DNA of 64,000 bases from Pseudomonadales bacterium (GCA_020632265.1 JACKFW010000001.1:337892-401891), one strand, 5' to 3'. Positions 19,785 to 30,392 are shown, counted from the stretch's first letter. The notes: a model not told the origin generated them from the letters alone. Numbers and translations: made by a program.

Positions 19785-21863
19785 TCATCCAGCTCCACCA
19801 CCACCACCACCTCCACCACCACCGCCACCGCCGGAAAAACCTCCAGAAGAGCCTGATCCAGAAGCACCATAGCTACTTGTTGCAGACTGATTAATACTTG
19901 ATATAGCTGAGGTAACATCATTGATTACAGATGACAAATCATTAATTCCCGTCATAGCACCATCTGTTGAAAGCGTCCTGCCAGCCCAGTATGAAGATGC
20001 AATTAATGCATCTGATTGATTAAATTTAACAGGTAATTGAGATAACGCTTTCACTGAAACACCTAGAAGTGTTCCATAAACCAAATATTTTTCCCAGATA
20101 ACTATCGAATCAATTTCGTATTTGGCGGTTTTTTTATAATCGTTCATATGCTTTTTGAAAGCAATCCACTTTGATGCCTCTTCACTACCTTTAGGAGTTC
20201 TTTTTTCCCCAGCTTCTCCCAGCATCGCCACACCTATGCCCATAAATAGTCCAAAAATTCCAAACAAAAGACCTAAAGCTGGAATTATTGTATAGTTTAC
20301 TGTTTCTCCCATAGATTCGAACAGCATTGGGGCTAAATAGAATGCAATAACAAATTCGGCAATTGCCAATAAAATTATTATTACTCCACTGGCTTTGTTT
20401 TGTTTCATATGAGAGGAAACATCAAAATATCCCTCAGCTAAATTTTCATCCAATGTTGTCTTAATCAGTGACTTGAAAAACGATTGACTAATCATTGGAT
20501 TATTTCTAGCCCAACTGACGATATCATCCAAAGCAATGACTCTTCTTTCTTTTCCTTCAACTACCATGTTTTTTAAGCCTACGTTTTTAATCAAAAAATC
20601 CATTACCGATTGTTGAATTGATGAAGGTAACTTAGTTGGTTTAATTAAATATGATTTTTTCTTGTCAAAAGGTTCTAAATAATATTTATAACTTTTTATA
20701 AATAAACCCTCTTTTTGATCACTTCTAACAAATTTAAAATATCTGTCTTGAACTAATGACAGTACAGTAGCGGTAAATGCTTTTGGGGATAATTGTTTAT
20801 TTGCAATTATCAACTGCTCAATCTGTGCGGGATCAATATCGCTCGGTGGTTCCCAAAGCGTTCCAGCCTGATTAACCTTTGGCAAAGGATCATCCTTACC
20901 ATACTTTAAAAATATTTTAAGTTGCTCAAGAAACTTGAAAATGATCAGAACAAAAACACCAATCACAACCGCTAAAATTACATTCTTGAGGAATTCTCCT
21001 TTTTTCCTTGTGGCAATGGTTTCCTTAATAAATTTTTCCTCTTGAGCTTCAATTGCAGATTGATTGCTTCCGCCCGTGGCTCCATCAGAAAAACTAATTT
21101 TTGGTATTAATACCCTGGCTTCCACAAACTCACCAATATTTGCTTTTGGTGTTTTAAAACTTACTACTGGTAAATTTACATCATCACCAATGGAAACAAC
21201 CCCTTCTAAAGGTCCATGAGCCCAGGCCTTAACGCTGTCTAGATTAACTTTTGTTGGCAAATTTAAACTAACACTAATATTTTTTTGAGAAACCTCCCAT
21301 TGAGAACCTATAAACTGCCAATATAACTCAGCAACATCCGAATGAAGCGTAATTGCATTCAAAACATCATATGAAAATTCAAAATATTTCTGTTCATTTA
21401 ATGCCGAATAATTCCATTGAATATAATATCTAGTACCTTCATCAATAACAAAAAAACTGTTTGTCGGATTATTCCTCGGATTAGCTAAATCTATTTGAGC
21501 ATTATTAAGTTTGGCATAACAGTTTGGTAATTTTCCTCCAGCTTCGCAAACCTTAAAATTTTCCAGTAAATATGGAGCAGTTCTGCTTGGAATTTTATCT
21601 TGGTCAGGAAATTTATCAATATATTCATAAGCATATTTATAATCCCCTGAAAAATTATAGGTTCTTTTTTCTTTCACACTCATCGAACCATCTTCCATCA
21701 AATTTGCATCTATTTGAACTTTGTCGATAGCGTATGATTTGGCAAAAATATGTCCAAAGTTTAAAAAAGCTGGGAGAATCAAGTATGATAAGAAAAATAT
21801 TACCAATAAAAGAGTGGACTTAATTATTTTTTGAAAAAAATTTGCCATATAAATAATATACAT
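19785..21863 (-). CDS. DUF2207-family membrane protein with C-terminal poly-Gly tail
   Basis: Signal/TM N-terminus, a large extracellular domain, 2-3 TM helices and a GSGSSGGFSGGGGGGGGGGGGGAG tail encoded by the (CCN)n repeat at 19788-19858. The probable start is near 21851. Confidence 0.65.
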   Translation of the reverse strand: MYIIYMANFFQKIIKSTLLLVIFFLSYLILPAFLNFGHIFAKSYAIDKVQIDANLMEDGSMSVKEKRTYNFSGDYKYAYEYIDKFPDQDKIPSRTAPYLLENFKVCEAGGKLPNCYAKLNNAQIDLANPRNNPTNSFFVIDEGTRYYIQWNYSALNEQKYFEFSYDVLNAITLHSDVAELYWQFIGSQWEVSQKNISVSLNLPTKVNLDSVKAWAHGPLEGVVSIGDDVNLPVVSFKTPKANIGEFVEARVLIPKISFSDGATGGSNQSAIEAQEEKFIKETIATRKKGEFLKNVILAVVIGVFVLIIFKFLEQLKIFLKYGKDDPLPKVNQAGTLWEPPSDIDPAQIEQLIIANKQLSPKAFTATVLSLVQDRYFKFVRSDQKEGLFIKSYKYYLEPFDKKKSYLIKPTKLPSSIQQSVMDFLIKNVGLKNMVVEGKERRVIALDDIVSWARNNPMISQSFFKSLIKTTLDENLAEGYFDVSSHMKQNKASGVIIILLAIAEFVIAFYLAPMLFESMGETVNYTIIPALGLLFGIFGLFMGIGVAMLGEAGEKRTPKGSEEASKWIAFKKHMNDYKKTAKYEIDSIVIWEKYLVYGTLLGVSVKALSQLPVKFNQSDALIASSYWAGRTLSTDGAMTGINDLSSVINDVTSAISSINQSATSSYGASGSGSSGGFSGGGGGGGGGGGGGAG
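19788..19858. repeat. trinucleotide (CCA/CCG/CCT)n tract encoding the poly-Gly tail
   Basis: ccagctccaccaccaccaccacctccaccaccaccgccaccgcc... A GC-rich simple repeat in a roughly 30% GC genome. Confidence 0.8.
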
Positions 21864-21977
21864 TATTTTGTTTGTAAAAACCTCTAATAATGGTAAAATT
21901 CAGCTAAGAGAAGAAGAATAATCTTACCTATATATGCACATACTAACAAAAAATTATCAGTTAAAATAAAGGTTATT

Positions 21978-22454
21978 ATGCTCAATATTAATGATTTGGC
22001 ACCATTAAAAATTAACGCTCTAGATGAAAATGGAGATACTACTTCTCTTTCAAATATTCTCGGAAAACCTTCAGTAATTTACTTCTATCCCAAAGATAAC
22101 ACTCCTGGATGCACCAAAGAAGCTTGTAGCTTTCGAGATTTTAATACTGAACTCCAAAAACTTGGAGTCCAAATTATTGGTGTGAGTGCAGATTCACCAG
22201 ATTCACATTCAAAATTTAAATCTAAACACAGTTTGAATTTTCCACTTTGGTCTGATCCTGACAGAAAACTAATTACTGCGTTTGGAGCAATTGGAAAAAA
22301 ATCAATGTTCGGAAAAGTCTTTTTAGGCATCAAAAGAATTTCGTTTGCTCTTGATAAAAATGGCAGAGTAATTATGGTTTGGCCAAAAGTTAATGCAGAA
22401 ACTCATGCTAAAGAAGTCCTTGATTTCTTTACGAACTTTCCTCATCTGAAATAA
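21978..22454 (+). CDS. bcp: peroxiredoxin Bcp (thiol peroxidase, AhpC/TSA family)
   Basis: FYPKDNTPGCTKEAC peroxidatic-Cys motif. 158 aa. Confidence 0.85.
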   Translation: MLNINDLAPLKINALDENGDTTSLSNILGKPSVIYFYPKDNTPGCTKEACSFRDFNTELQKLGVQIIGVSADSPDSHSKFKSKHSLNFPLWSDPDRKLITAFGAIGKKSMFGKVFLGIKRISFALDKNGRVIMVWPKVNAETHAKEVLDFFTNFPHLK

Positions 22455-22702
22455 CCAAAAATATTCAAAATGAGCACAAAATATTCGAGAAACTATTAAA
22501 CCCTAAACCATAAAATATCTCATAAGTTGAAATTATAGTGATATTATGCTATAATTAATCTTTCTTAAATAAAATTAAGAAATAACCTATGGGTTTAAGC
22601 TAGCTAACGATTTTTGATATTTCAATTTTCCCAATTAATGCTTCTTGTCTTTTACCTTTTTATTATATGTGTCTAAAAGGTTAAGGCAGAGAAAGTATTA
22701 TT

Positions 22703-24019
22703 ATGTATCGTTCAAGAAGTTCTTCACAGAACTCTAACAATAAATTTCGTGGTAACAATCGAAATAGTAATTCCAATAGCGCTGGAAGTTTTTCTAGTAG
22801 TCGTAGTGGCCGTAGTGGTGGCAATAGTGGTGGCAATAATGGTGGTCGTATTGGTGGTCGCTCAGGAGGAAACTTTAGACGCGGTGGAAACAGAGGTAGA
22901 ATTCAAGGCTCATTTAACCCCAGCATGTTAATTAAAAATGCTGAAGTTGATGCAGGGTTAAACCCTGAAATCAACGTTTATGTCCCAAAAAATAAGTTCG
23001 CAGATTTTGTTATTAGTGAAGCTTTAAAACAAAATGTTTTAGATCGTGGCTATGAAATCCCAACCCCAATTCAAGATCAAATTATTCCTTTAATATTGGA
23101 TGGAAGAGATGTTGTGGGTTTAGCAAGAACTGGAACAGGTAAAACTGCAGCATTTTTAATTCCTCTTATTAATCAAGTTTACAATCAACGAGATATCAGA
23201 GTATTAATTTTAGCTCCAACTAGAGAGTTAGCAGTTCAAATTGATTCAGAATTCAAATTATTTGCAAAAAATTTAAGCATTTATTCCGCACTATGTATTG
23301 GCGGAGCTAATATGAATCAACAAATTTCAGCATTAAGAAGAAATCCACAATTTGTAATTGGAACTCCTGGAAGATTAATAGATTTGGAAAAAAGAAGAAT
23401 TTTTAAATTCAGTTCATTTTCTACCATAGTTTTAGACGAAGTCGATCAAATGTTTGATATGGGCTTTATTAATGACATGAAATATGTGATTGAAAATTTA
23501 CCAGAACAAAGACACTCATTGTTTTTCTCAGCAACACTACCAAGTAAAATGACTGAGATTACTAATAGTTTCTTGAGAAACCCAGTTAAAATTCAGGTTG
23601 AAAGTCAAAAAGCTTCAACCAATGTTAGCCAAGATATAATTAGGGTTCAAGGTAGATCAAAAATTGATTTACTTCATGATTTACTGGACCAAGAAGGTTT
23701 CGACAAAGTCCTAGTTTTTGGCAGAACTAAACACGGTTTGAACAAACTTTCACAAATTTTAAATGAGAGAGGTGTGAGAGTTGCAGCTATACATGGAAAT
23801 AAATCACAATCACAACGTCAAAGAGCCCTTAAACAATTTAAAGGCGAAGCAGTTCAAGTTTTACTTGCAACAGACATAGCTTCTAGAGGTTTGGATATTG
23901 ATAACGTCACTCATGTAATTAATTACGACTTACCACAAACTTATGAAGATTATATTCATAGAATTGGCAGAACAGGTCGTGCAAATAAAACTGGAATCGC
24001 ATTAAGTTTTGTTGATTAA
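22703..24019 (+). CDS. DEAD-box ATP-dependent RNA helicase with N-terminal RGG/Ser/Asn-rich low-complexity region
   Basis: Q-motif, GTGKTAAF (motif I), DEVD (motif II), SAT, and HRIGRTGR (motif VI). The first ~70 aa are an RGG/SGN repeat region. Confidence 0.9.
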   Translation: MYRSRSSSQNSNNKFRGNNRNSNSNSAGSFSSSRSGRSGGNSGGNNGGRIGGRSGGNFRRGGNRGRIQGSFNPSMLIKNAEVDAGLNPEINVYVPKNKFADFVISEALKQNVLDRGYEIPTPIQDQIIPLILDGRDVVGLARTGTGKTAAFLIPLINQVYNQRDIRVLILAPTRELAVQIDSEFKLFAKNLSIYSALCIGGANMNQQISALRRNPQFVIGTPGRLIDLEKRRIFKFSSFSTIVLDEVDQMFDMGFINDMKYVIENLPEQRHSLFFSATLPSKMTEITNSFLRNPVKIQVESQKASTNVSQDIIRVQGRSKIDLLHDLLDQEGFDKVLVFGRTKHGLNKLSQILNERGVRVAAIHGNKSQSQRQRALKQFKGEAVQVLLATDIASRGLDIDNVTHVINYDLPQTYEDYIHRIGRTGRANKTGIALSFVD

Positions 24020-24032
24020 TTTTCTGCAAAAG

Positions 24033-25253
24033 TTAAACAGAAGGCTTATTCTTAAATTTAATAATGGTCTTTTTTCTTAAGTTTTTTGCAACTGACAAGC
24101 TATCATCGGGAGATTTCACATAAAACAAAGCAAATGGTTTCTGCGCATTCGGAGGAGCAATATATTTATCACCAGGTTTTATATAATGTGTTTCTGAAAT
24201 AATATATTTACTTTTTGGAATTGAAAACTTTTCAACTTTTCCCGATTCACTTTCCCAAACTTCACATGCGGTGCAACTACTACTCTCCTTGATATTATCT
24301 GAAATTCTCATATCTAGTGCCAACTCCCAACTCAGCTTATTCATATCAATATTATAAGCATTTCTCATAATTACATCTCTAAACCCACCCATTCTAACAT
24401 TCACTTCAATTAAGAAAATGTGTTTGCCAATTACAAAAAATTCTGGGTGTAGAAGTGTCGATTTTAATCCAGAAGCATCAACCAAAGTTTGCATCACAAA
24501 TGTTATTTTTTGACGAATATTTTCACTGTGCCTAGATGGAGTGGTGCGATAAATTAACTGCATATGATTCTGCTTTACTTCTCTAGCAGTAATTACATCC
24601 ACTAAAGCCAAAACCCTTACCTTGCCAATTTTATCCACATACATTACGGGAGCAACTTGTTTACCATAGAGATACTGCTCAATCAAGACAAGGTCCTTGT
24701 CAGGATTTTCTATATATTTTAATAAAATCTCTTTGGCGACCTCAAATCCTTTGGCATTTTTTAATGTTACAACTCCTCTACTTTTTGCTCCAAGATGAGT
24801 TTTCAAAACAATGGGAAATTGAAGTTGATCAAAATATGTAGAAACTTCATTAAGTGTAGTAATAATAGTTCTTGGTCGAAAAAACGACAATTCACTCTGA
24901 ATCATTAACTCATGCATTCGAGTTTTATCTGCCAAATCTTGAACTGAAGACGCGGTTGGACCTGGAACGTTAAAGGTTTCACAAAGTTGACCATGAAGAA
25001 CTTCAAAATAATCTGTGCGGTTAACTACTCCTTTTACTGTCAATTTATTTTTGATTGAATAAGAAACAATTTTTGAAAGAGTATTCTTCAAAGAAGAGGC
25101 AAAATATATTGCATTTTCAGGCAATAGTGTTTTAGGGACCTTATATTTATCAATAACCAATAATCTGGCTTCTGGATCATCAGCTTTTAAATAAGATGCA
25201 TAATCTGATATATATTTAGAACTTCCAAGAACTATGACGACAGGAATTCTCAT
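24033..25253 (-). CDS. ATP-grasp domain protein
   Basis: 406-aa ORF. The central region has ATP-grasp features (VLKTHLGAKSRGV..., E.N-type motif FLIEVNVRMGG). Confidence 0.55.
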   Translation of the reverse strand: MRIPVVIVLGSSKYISDYASYLKADDPEARLLVIDKYKVPKTLLPENAIYFASSLKNTLSKIVSYSIKNKLTVKGVVNRTDYFEVLHGQLCETFNVPGPTASSVQDLADKTRMHELMIQSELSFFRPRTIITTLNEVSTYFDQLQFPIVLKTHLGAKSRGVVTLKNAKGFEVAKEILLKYIENPDKDLVLIEQYLYGKQVAPVMYVDKIGKVRVLALVDVITAREVKQNHMQLIYRTTPSRHSENIRQKITFVMQTLVDASGLKSTLLHPEFFVIGKHIFLIEVNVRMGGFRDVIMRNAYNIDMNKLSWELALDMRISDNIKESSSCTACEVWESESGKVEKFSIPKSKYIISETHYIKPGDKYIAPPNAQKPFALFYVKSPDDSLSVAKNLRKKTIIKFKNKPSV

Positions 25254-25582
25254 ATGTTTAAAAATATTTTAAGTAGACTGAATTCTATACTTTTATTGCT
25301 AAAAGTAAATAAGGATAATGATCAATAAATCGAGTGATCATTAAAATAAATAGGCGAGTTGTGAAATTCTAATTCCATACTTCATGCCAACAATAAAGGC
25401 TATTAGTGGCAAAGTAATAAAAAGTACTGCCGCGAGCAATTTTGAAAAAGGCGTAACGGAAGTTAGTGAATTTGGAATTGTCGAACTTTTCTTTTTTTTC
25501 ATATAAAAAATTATATCAGTAATTTCCCAAGCAACTCAAGCTTCAAAATTATGAAGAAGATAAGGTTTTACTAAGTGCTAAA

Positions 25583-25692
25583 TTAATCGCTATTGTTGCT
25601 TATCCTGCCAAAATCGCTTCCCGGTCAGTACAATCGCTGCCTGGCCAATGCAATCATTATCTAGAAATTACAATCGCGACCTGGCCACGACC
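25583..25692. repeat. five tandem ~20-bp direct repeats (AATCGCNNCCTGGCCANNNC)
   Basis: aaatcgcttcccggtcagtac / aatcgctgcctggccaatgc / aatcattatctagaaattac / aatcgcgacctggccacgacc. The last copy encodes the C-terminus of the methyltransferase. The repeats are GC-rich relative to flanking DNA. Confidence 0.7.
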
Positions 25693-26495
25693 AATATATC
25701 CGTAGCTCCAAACAACTTTAGAGATATAAAATCAAACCAATGAAAAATTGGAACTAATGGTCCTTTAATTAATTTGATTAAAAACCCAATTTTGGTAGTG
25801 AAAAGCAAATTTCGTAAAGGTCCCTCAACACTTTTAATTTCTAAAACTTCGAAACCATTTCTAGTCAATAATTCTTTTATTTTAGCTTCTGAATATCTTC
25901 TTAAATGACCAACTTCTTTATCAAACTTATTAAAAAAACCTAGTCGATAAAGCCAATTATTTTTGGAAGGTGTAGTTAAATAAAGTAACCCATGATCAAT
26001 TAGCTGGCTTCTAATTTCATTTAAAAATTTACTTTCATTTTCAATGTGTTCAATTACCTCGGTAACAATAACTAAACCAAATTTACCTTGTCCTTTTTTT
26101 AATAATTTTTTTTCAAAAGTAACATTTTTTAATCCAAGTTGTTTCTTAGCATTTTTACAAATATCTATTGCTCGTTGAGAAACGTCTATCCCCCTAACAT
26201 TTGCTCCCAAAGAAGCAAAATATAAAGCTAAGGTACCTACGCCGCATCCAACATCCAAAATTTTTAATTTTGAAAAATCAAATTTTTTCTCTTTCAATTT
26301 TGATTCAATTAAAAATTTATTAATTATTTCTTTATAAAAAAATCTTAATATTTCATAATATGTAAAATTATTTTTACCAATGACTTTATAAAAATTTTGG
26401 TTTTTTTTATGATATTTATCGTAAAAATCTTGTTTTTTAATCATAGTAAAATAATTGTCGTTTGGTTTGAAAACAAAATTAATTTTAACAACCAA
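25668..26495 (-). CDS. class I SAM-dependent methyltransferase
   Basis: SAM-binding motif I (ILDVGCGVGTLA) and motif II (LVIVTEVIEH). Confidence 0.75.
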   Translation of the reverse strand: MVVKINFVFKPNDNYFTMIKKQDFYDKYHKKNQNFYKVIGKNNFTYYEILRFFYKEIINKFLIESKLKEKKFDFSKLKILDVGCGVGTLALYFASLGANVRGIDVSQRAIDICKNAKKQLGLKNVTFEKKLLKKGQGKFGLVIVTEVIEHIENESKFLNEIRSQLIDHGLLYLTTPSKNNWLYRLGFFNKFDKEVGHLRRYSEAKIKELLTRNGFEVLEIKSVEGPLRNLLFTTKIGFLIKLIKGPLVPIFHWFDFISLKLFGATDILVVARSRL

Positions 26496-26637
26496 TTTCG
26501 AATTATTGAATAATAGTTAATACATAGATAAATATATCAAATATTTAAATAAAGCGTTTCTGCAACTTATATCACTTAATCCTGATATAATGAATCAATT
26601 ATATTTTATCTTTATATCAACCTAAGAAACTCAAATT

Positions 26638-27108
26638 ATGAAAAACTTTAATAATTCAAATAAATTCGGACGCTCAAGAGGTGGTTATAATTCAGAAGAT
26701 AGAGGCTCTAGTCGACCTCATTTCGGCTCAGGAAGTGCTGGCAGAAATCAAATGCACGATGCAGTATGCGCGGATTGTGGTGGTAATTGTAAAGTTCCTT
26801 TCATGCCTAGTTCAGGCAAGCCAGTTTATTGTAGCAACTGTTTTGAAAAAAGAGGCAATGGTGACCACTCAGCAAGAAAATCAAGTTTTTCAAGCAAAAG
26901 TTTTACAAGCAAAAGTTTTACACCAGCACACAACAAGACTCAAGAAAATTTTAGTAAACAATTTGAATTAATCAATACTAAGCTAGATAAAATTATTAGA
27001 CATTTAAATTTAGAAGAAGTAGCTAAAACGACTAAAACTCAGGAAATCTTTACAATGATTGGCAAGAAAGTTGCTAAAGCAAAAACAAAAAAAGAATCTA
27101 TTGTCTAA
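26638..27108 (+). CDS. small RG-rich protein with CxxC-x17-CxxC zinc ribbon
   Basis: N-terminal GRSRGGYNSEDRGSSRP low-complexity region, then CADCGGNCKVPFMPSSGKPVYCSNCF, then a Ser/Lys-rich tail. Confidence 0.5.
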   Translation: MKNFNNSNKFGRSRGGYNSEDRGSSRPHFGSGSAGRNQMHDAVCADCGGNCKVPFMPSSGKPVYCSNCFEKRGNGDHSARKSSFSSKSFTSKSFTPAHNKTQENFSKQFELINTKLDKIIRHLNLEEVAKTTKTQEIFTMIGKKVAKAKTKKESIV

Positions 27109-27214
27109 ATTTTTTAGCAAGAATCTTTTTTAATCATGGACAAATTTGTTTATGAAGCATTGAGTTCTTTTTGAAATATTTGTTGTATATTTATCTACAT
27201 GCTACAATCTAAAA

Positions 27215-29158
27215 ATGAGTCAATTTAAGGCTTCACTATTAAAATTATCTCCAATTAAATATCTACTTTTTATTGCAACAATTGTCTATTTTTCTCTCGC
27301 TGTTTTGACTTATCATCCAGATAATAAACAAGTATTATTTTGGGCCAGCATTGATGGAACAAAACTAGTTGATGTATGGAAAGTTGGCACAGAAAAATAT
27401 CCAAACATCAGTCAATTTAATTATCCACCAGCACATTATCTTGTTGATAAATTATTGTATTTTATTGCTAAACCCATCGCTGGACCAGGGTATGATGAAT
27501 GGTTGAGTTCACCGAATGATCATGACCGCTTTCAACTTCAAATAACTAAATTTACTCTTGCTACAAAAACCGGCCTAATTTTCTTAGGAATTTTCTCTGG
27601 ATACCTTGTCTACTTGGTTGTTGCTCAATTAAACAACAAAAAGCAAGCACTTATAGCAACCTCACTTTGGCTTTTTAATCCAATTACTCTATACAGCATT
27701 CCGATGATGGGACAAAATGATATAATTGCGATCTGCTTTTTCTTAATGGGTTGGCTTTCATTGAGAAATAATAAATTTTTAGCTACAATATTATTTGGGA
27801 TTAGCGCTTCAATAAAAATGATTCCACTAATTTGGGTTCCATTTTTATTAGCGAGTAACTCAAGAATTAATTGGAAACAAAAATTTATAATTTTTTCTGG
27901 CTCTGGATTAATATATATCGCAACATTAATTCCATTTTTAAACAATGAAAATTTTCAAAAATCTATTCTTACTGGCAATCATAGCCAGCGATTTTTATAC
28001 TCGCAAATATCGTTTGGCTTCTCAGAAGGAATTTATATAATTCCAATTTTATTAATGATAATTCTAGCGGGAATATTTGTACATATAACAAAAAGTTCTA
28101 AAAAACTATCGTTACCATCTTTTGCACTAATGGTTGTCAACATGACTATGCTGAGTTTCACTCACTTTCATCCTCAGTGGTGGATTTGGGTAGTATTATT
28201 TTGGGCAATGTGGATGACAACAATTGATGCAAAGCGTATTGGCGGAGCAATAGTTTTGAGCTTTATTAGTTTTTGTTGTTGGCTTTCAATAGTGGTTTTA
28301 TTCAAAGATATTGCTTTAAGCTTTGCAATGTTATTACCTTTAAATTCCAATTTGGCAAATCTCCCAACTATCAATAGCTACTTAGTTGCCAGAGGCACTG
28401 ATGTAGAGCAACTTGTAAAATTAGCGTATTCATGGTTAGCAGGAATTTCGATCATTTCAATTGGGCTATTTTTTAAATCGCAGTTACCCACAATTCATAA
28501 AAGAATTGTTATTTCAACATACATAAATAAATTACTCAATAAAATATTTTCAAATGGAGTACTCAGAAAAACTACAATCATATCATTAATCGGATTTTTA
28601 TTTGTGAGTTTTACACTTGTTTCTCAAATAATTCCCGCTCCTATAGCGAGCAAACCTCCCAACAGCATTAGATATGAGCCATTAACTTCTAATTATGAGA
28701 TTACTTTCAGCCCTGAATTTAGTAATTTAGAAAGGTTTGATTTATATCTATCTGACAAAACTCTAAAGGGAACTGGGAATTATTTAATTCAGACGAAAAT
28801 TGGCGAAGAGGAAATATTTCAGCAAGTTATTCAAGGAGAAAATATTGGGTTTGAATCCATAATACGTTTTGATCTTCCAAATCCGATTGATCATCATGTT
28901 GATAATTACACCGTACGCATTGCTCCTCTAGAATATTTAGAAAATGGATCAAATATCATTCAAGAGAACGAGAATACAATTATGGTAGGAATCATAAACC
29001 CAGAAAATCCATATCAATCTTTGGCAATTCGTCCATATTTTTCTGCACCCAATATCAAATCCATTTTACCAAGAACCTACATATCTATAAAAAATATTAT
29101 TAACCAAACATTACCTCTATTTGTATTAATCGGATTGGGAATAGTTATTTTCGGATAA
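27215..29158 (+). CDS. large polytopic membrane protein (GT-C-like/DUF2029-like glycosyltransferase?) with C-terminal extracytoplasmic domain
   Basis: 647-aa ORF. About 12 TM helices in the N-terminal 420 aa, then a soluble domain and a final TM helix. Confidence 0.4.
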   Translation: MSQFKASLLKLSPIKYLLFIATIVYFSLAVLTYHPDNKQVLFWASIDGTKLVDVWKVGTEKYPNISQFNYPPAHYLVDKLLYFIAKPIAGPGYDEWLSSPNDHDRFQLQITKFTLATKTGLIFLGIFSGYLVYLVVAQLNNKKQALIATSLWLFNPITLYSIPMMGQNDIIAICFFLMGWLSLRNNKFLATILFGISASIKMIPLIWVPFLLASNSRINWKQKFIIFSGSGLIYIATLIPFLNNENFQKSILTGNHSQRFLYSQISFGFSEGIYIIPILLMIILAGIFVHITKSSKKLSLPSFALMVVNMTMLSFTHFHPQWWIWVVLFWAMWMTTIDAKRIGGAIVLSFISFCCWLSIVVLFKDIALSFAMLLPLNSNLANLPTINSYLVARGTDVEQLVKLAYSWLAGISIISIGLFFKSQLPTIHKRIVISTYINKLLNKIFSNGVLRKTTIISLIGFLFVSFTLVSQIIPAPIASKPPNSIRYEPLTSNYEITFSPEFSNLERFDLYLSDKTLKGTGNYLIQTKIGEEEIFQQVIQGENIGFESIIRFDLPNPIDHHVDNYTVRIAPLEYLENGSNIIQENENTIMVGIINPENPYQSLAIRPYFSAPNIKSILPRTYISIKNIINQTLPLFVLIGLGIVIFG

Positions 29159-29183
29159 AACATATCAACCAACTGATAATCAA

Positions 29184-30236
29184 TTAAGATTTTTGCTTTA
29201 ATTCTGGAAACATTAAAAACAAAAATTCTCTAGCTGCGTGTCTATTTTTTCCCTCGTATGGAAAATCGTGAATATCAAATCCAGGTGTATCGTTTATTTC
29301 AATAATTATATATGAGTTTTTAGTTTGCTTTTTTGTAATGTCAGTTGATAAAAAATCAATGCCAGCAAATGATAGTCCTGGAACTGCATTTATAGCATTT
29401 AGCGCAATATCTTTTACGCTTTGGTGCACTTTATCTGTAAAATCAATTGCATCTCCGCCTTGAGATACATTTGAAAGTCTACGTAAAAAAATTCTTTTTC
29501 CTTTTGGTGGAATTGAACTAAAATCCATAGCATTTTTTTGTAAGAGCCTAAGCATGCGGTCGTCCATTCTAATTTTTAAATGAGAAGTTGTGCCACTTTT
29601 TAAAGCTCTGATAGGATCTTGATTCTTCTTTTTTATTAATTCTTTAATAGAATCTAGGCCATTACCCAAAATACTAGCTGGTCGTCTAAATAAAACTCCA
29701 ATAACTTTTTCCCTTGTCGCTAAAATTCTATACTCAGTTCCTTTAAACATCTCTTCGACAATCACTGAAGCTTTTTGCTTTCCAGAATATTCTATTGCAT
29801 AATCAACCGCGTCTAAATACTCATCAAAATCAACGATGTTTAATGTAATATTTTCTCCCAAAGCACCATCACTAGGCTTAACCACTAAAGGTTTTTGTAA
29901 ATTCTCATAGACAGACAATAAAAATTTATCTGAACTAGAATTTCTAACCCTATATCCTTTTGGAACGGAGATGCCATTATTATATAAAAGATTTGTTGTA
30001 ACTTTTTTATTATTACATGCATACTTTGCTAAAGCTGAAGTTGTTGAAGGAACTTGATGATAAAAAGTCCGTTTTTTTCCTTTAAATGAAAGCTCAATTA
30101 TTTGTGTACAAGAAATAATATTCCAATCAACACCAAATTTTTCTGCTTCTTTCAGAACAAGCCTAGAACTATTAGAAATATTTTTATTTTTTATAATTCC
30201 TTTGGGACTATAAAATTCATAAATCAACTGCGACAT
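29184..30236 (-). CDS. ATP-grasp enzyme (RimK/glutathione-synthetase-like ligase)
   Basis: Motifs VVKPSDGALGENIT, IVEEMFKGTEYRIL and IIEINDTPGF. Confidence 0.6.
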   Translation of the reverse strand: MSQLIYEFYSPKGIIKNKNISNSSRLVLKEAEKFGVDWNIISCTQIIELSFKGKKRTFYHQVPSTTSALAKYACNNKKVTTNLLYNNGISVPKGYRVRNSSSDKFLLSVYENLQKPLVVKPSDGALGENITLNIVDFDEYLDAVDYAIEYSGKQKASVIVEEMFKGTEYRILATREKVIGVLFRRPASILGNGLDSIKELIKKKNQDPIRALKSGTTSHLKIRMDDRMLRLLQKNAMDFSSIPPKGKRIFLRRLSNVSQGGDAIDFTDKVHQSVKDIALNAINAVPGLSFAGIDFLSTDITKKQTKNSYIIIEINDTPGFDIHDFPYEGKNRHAAREFLFLMFPELKQKS

Positions 30237-30392
30237 GAAATCCTTTCAAAAAAATCAATCTAATTAAAGGGGAAATTTTTAAATTTAAACCACTTAATGA
30301 AGAACATTCATCATAACAGAATTTTGTCGATAGGTCAAATATTATGGGATAAAATGGGTTGAAAGTTTCATATATTCCATTATAATTTTGAA

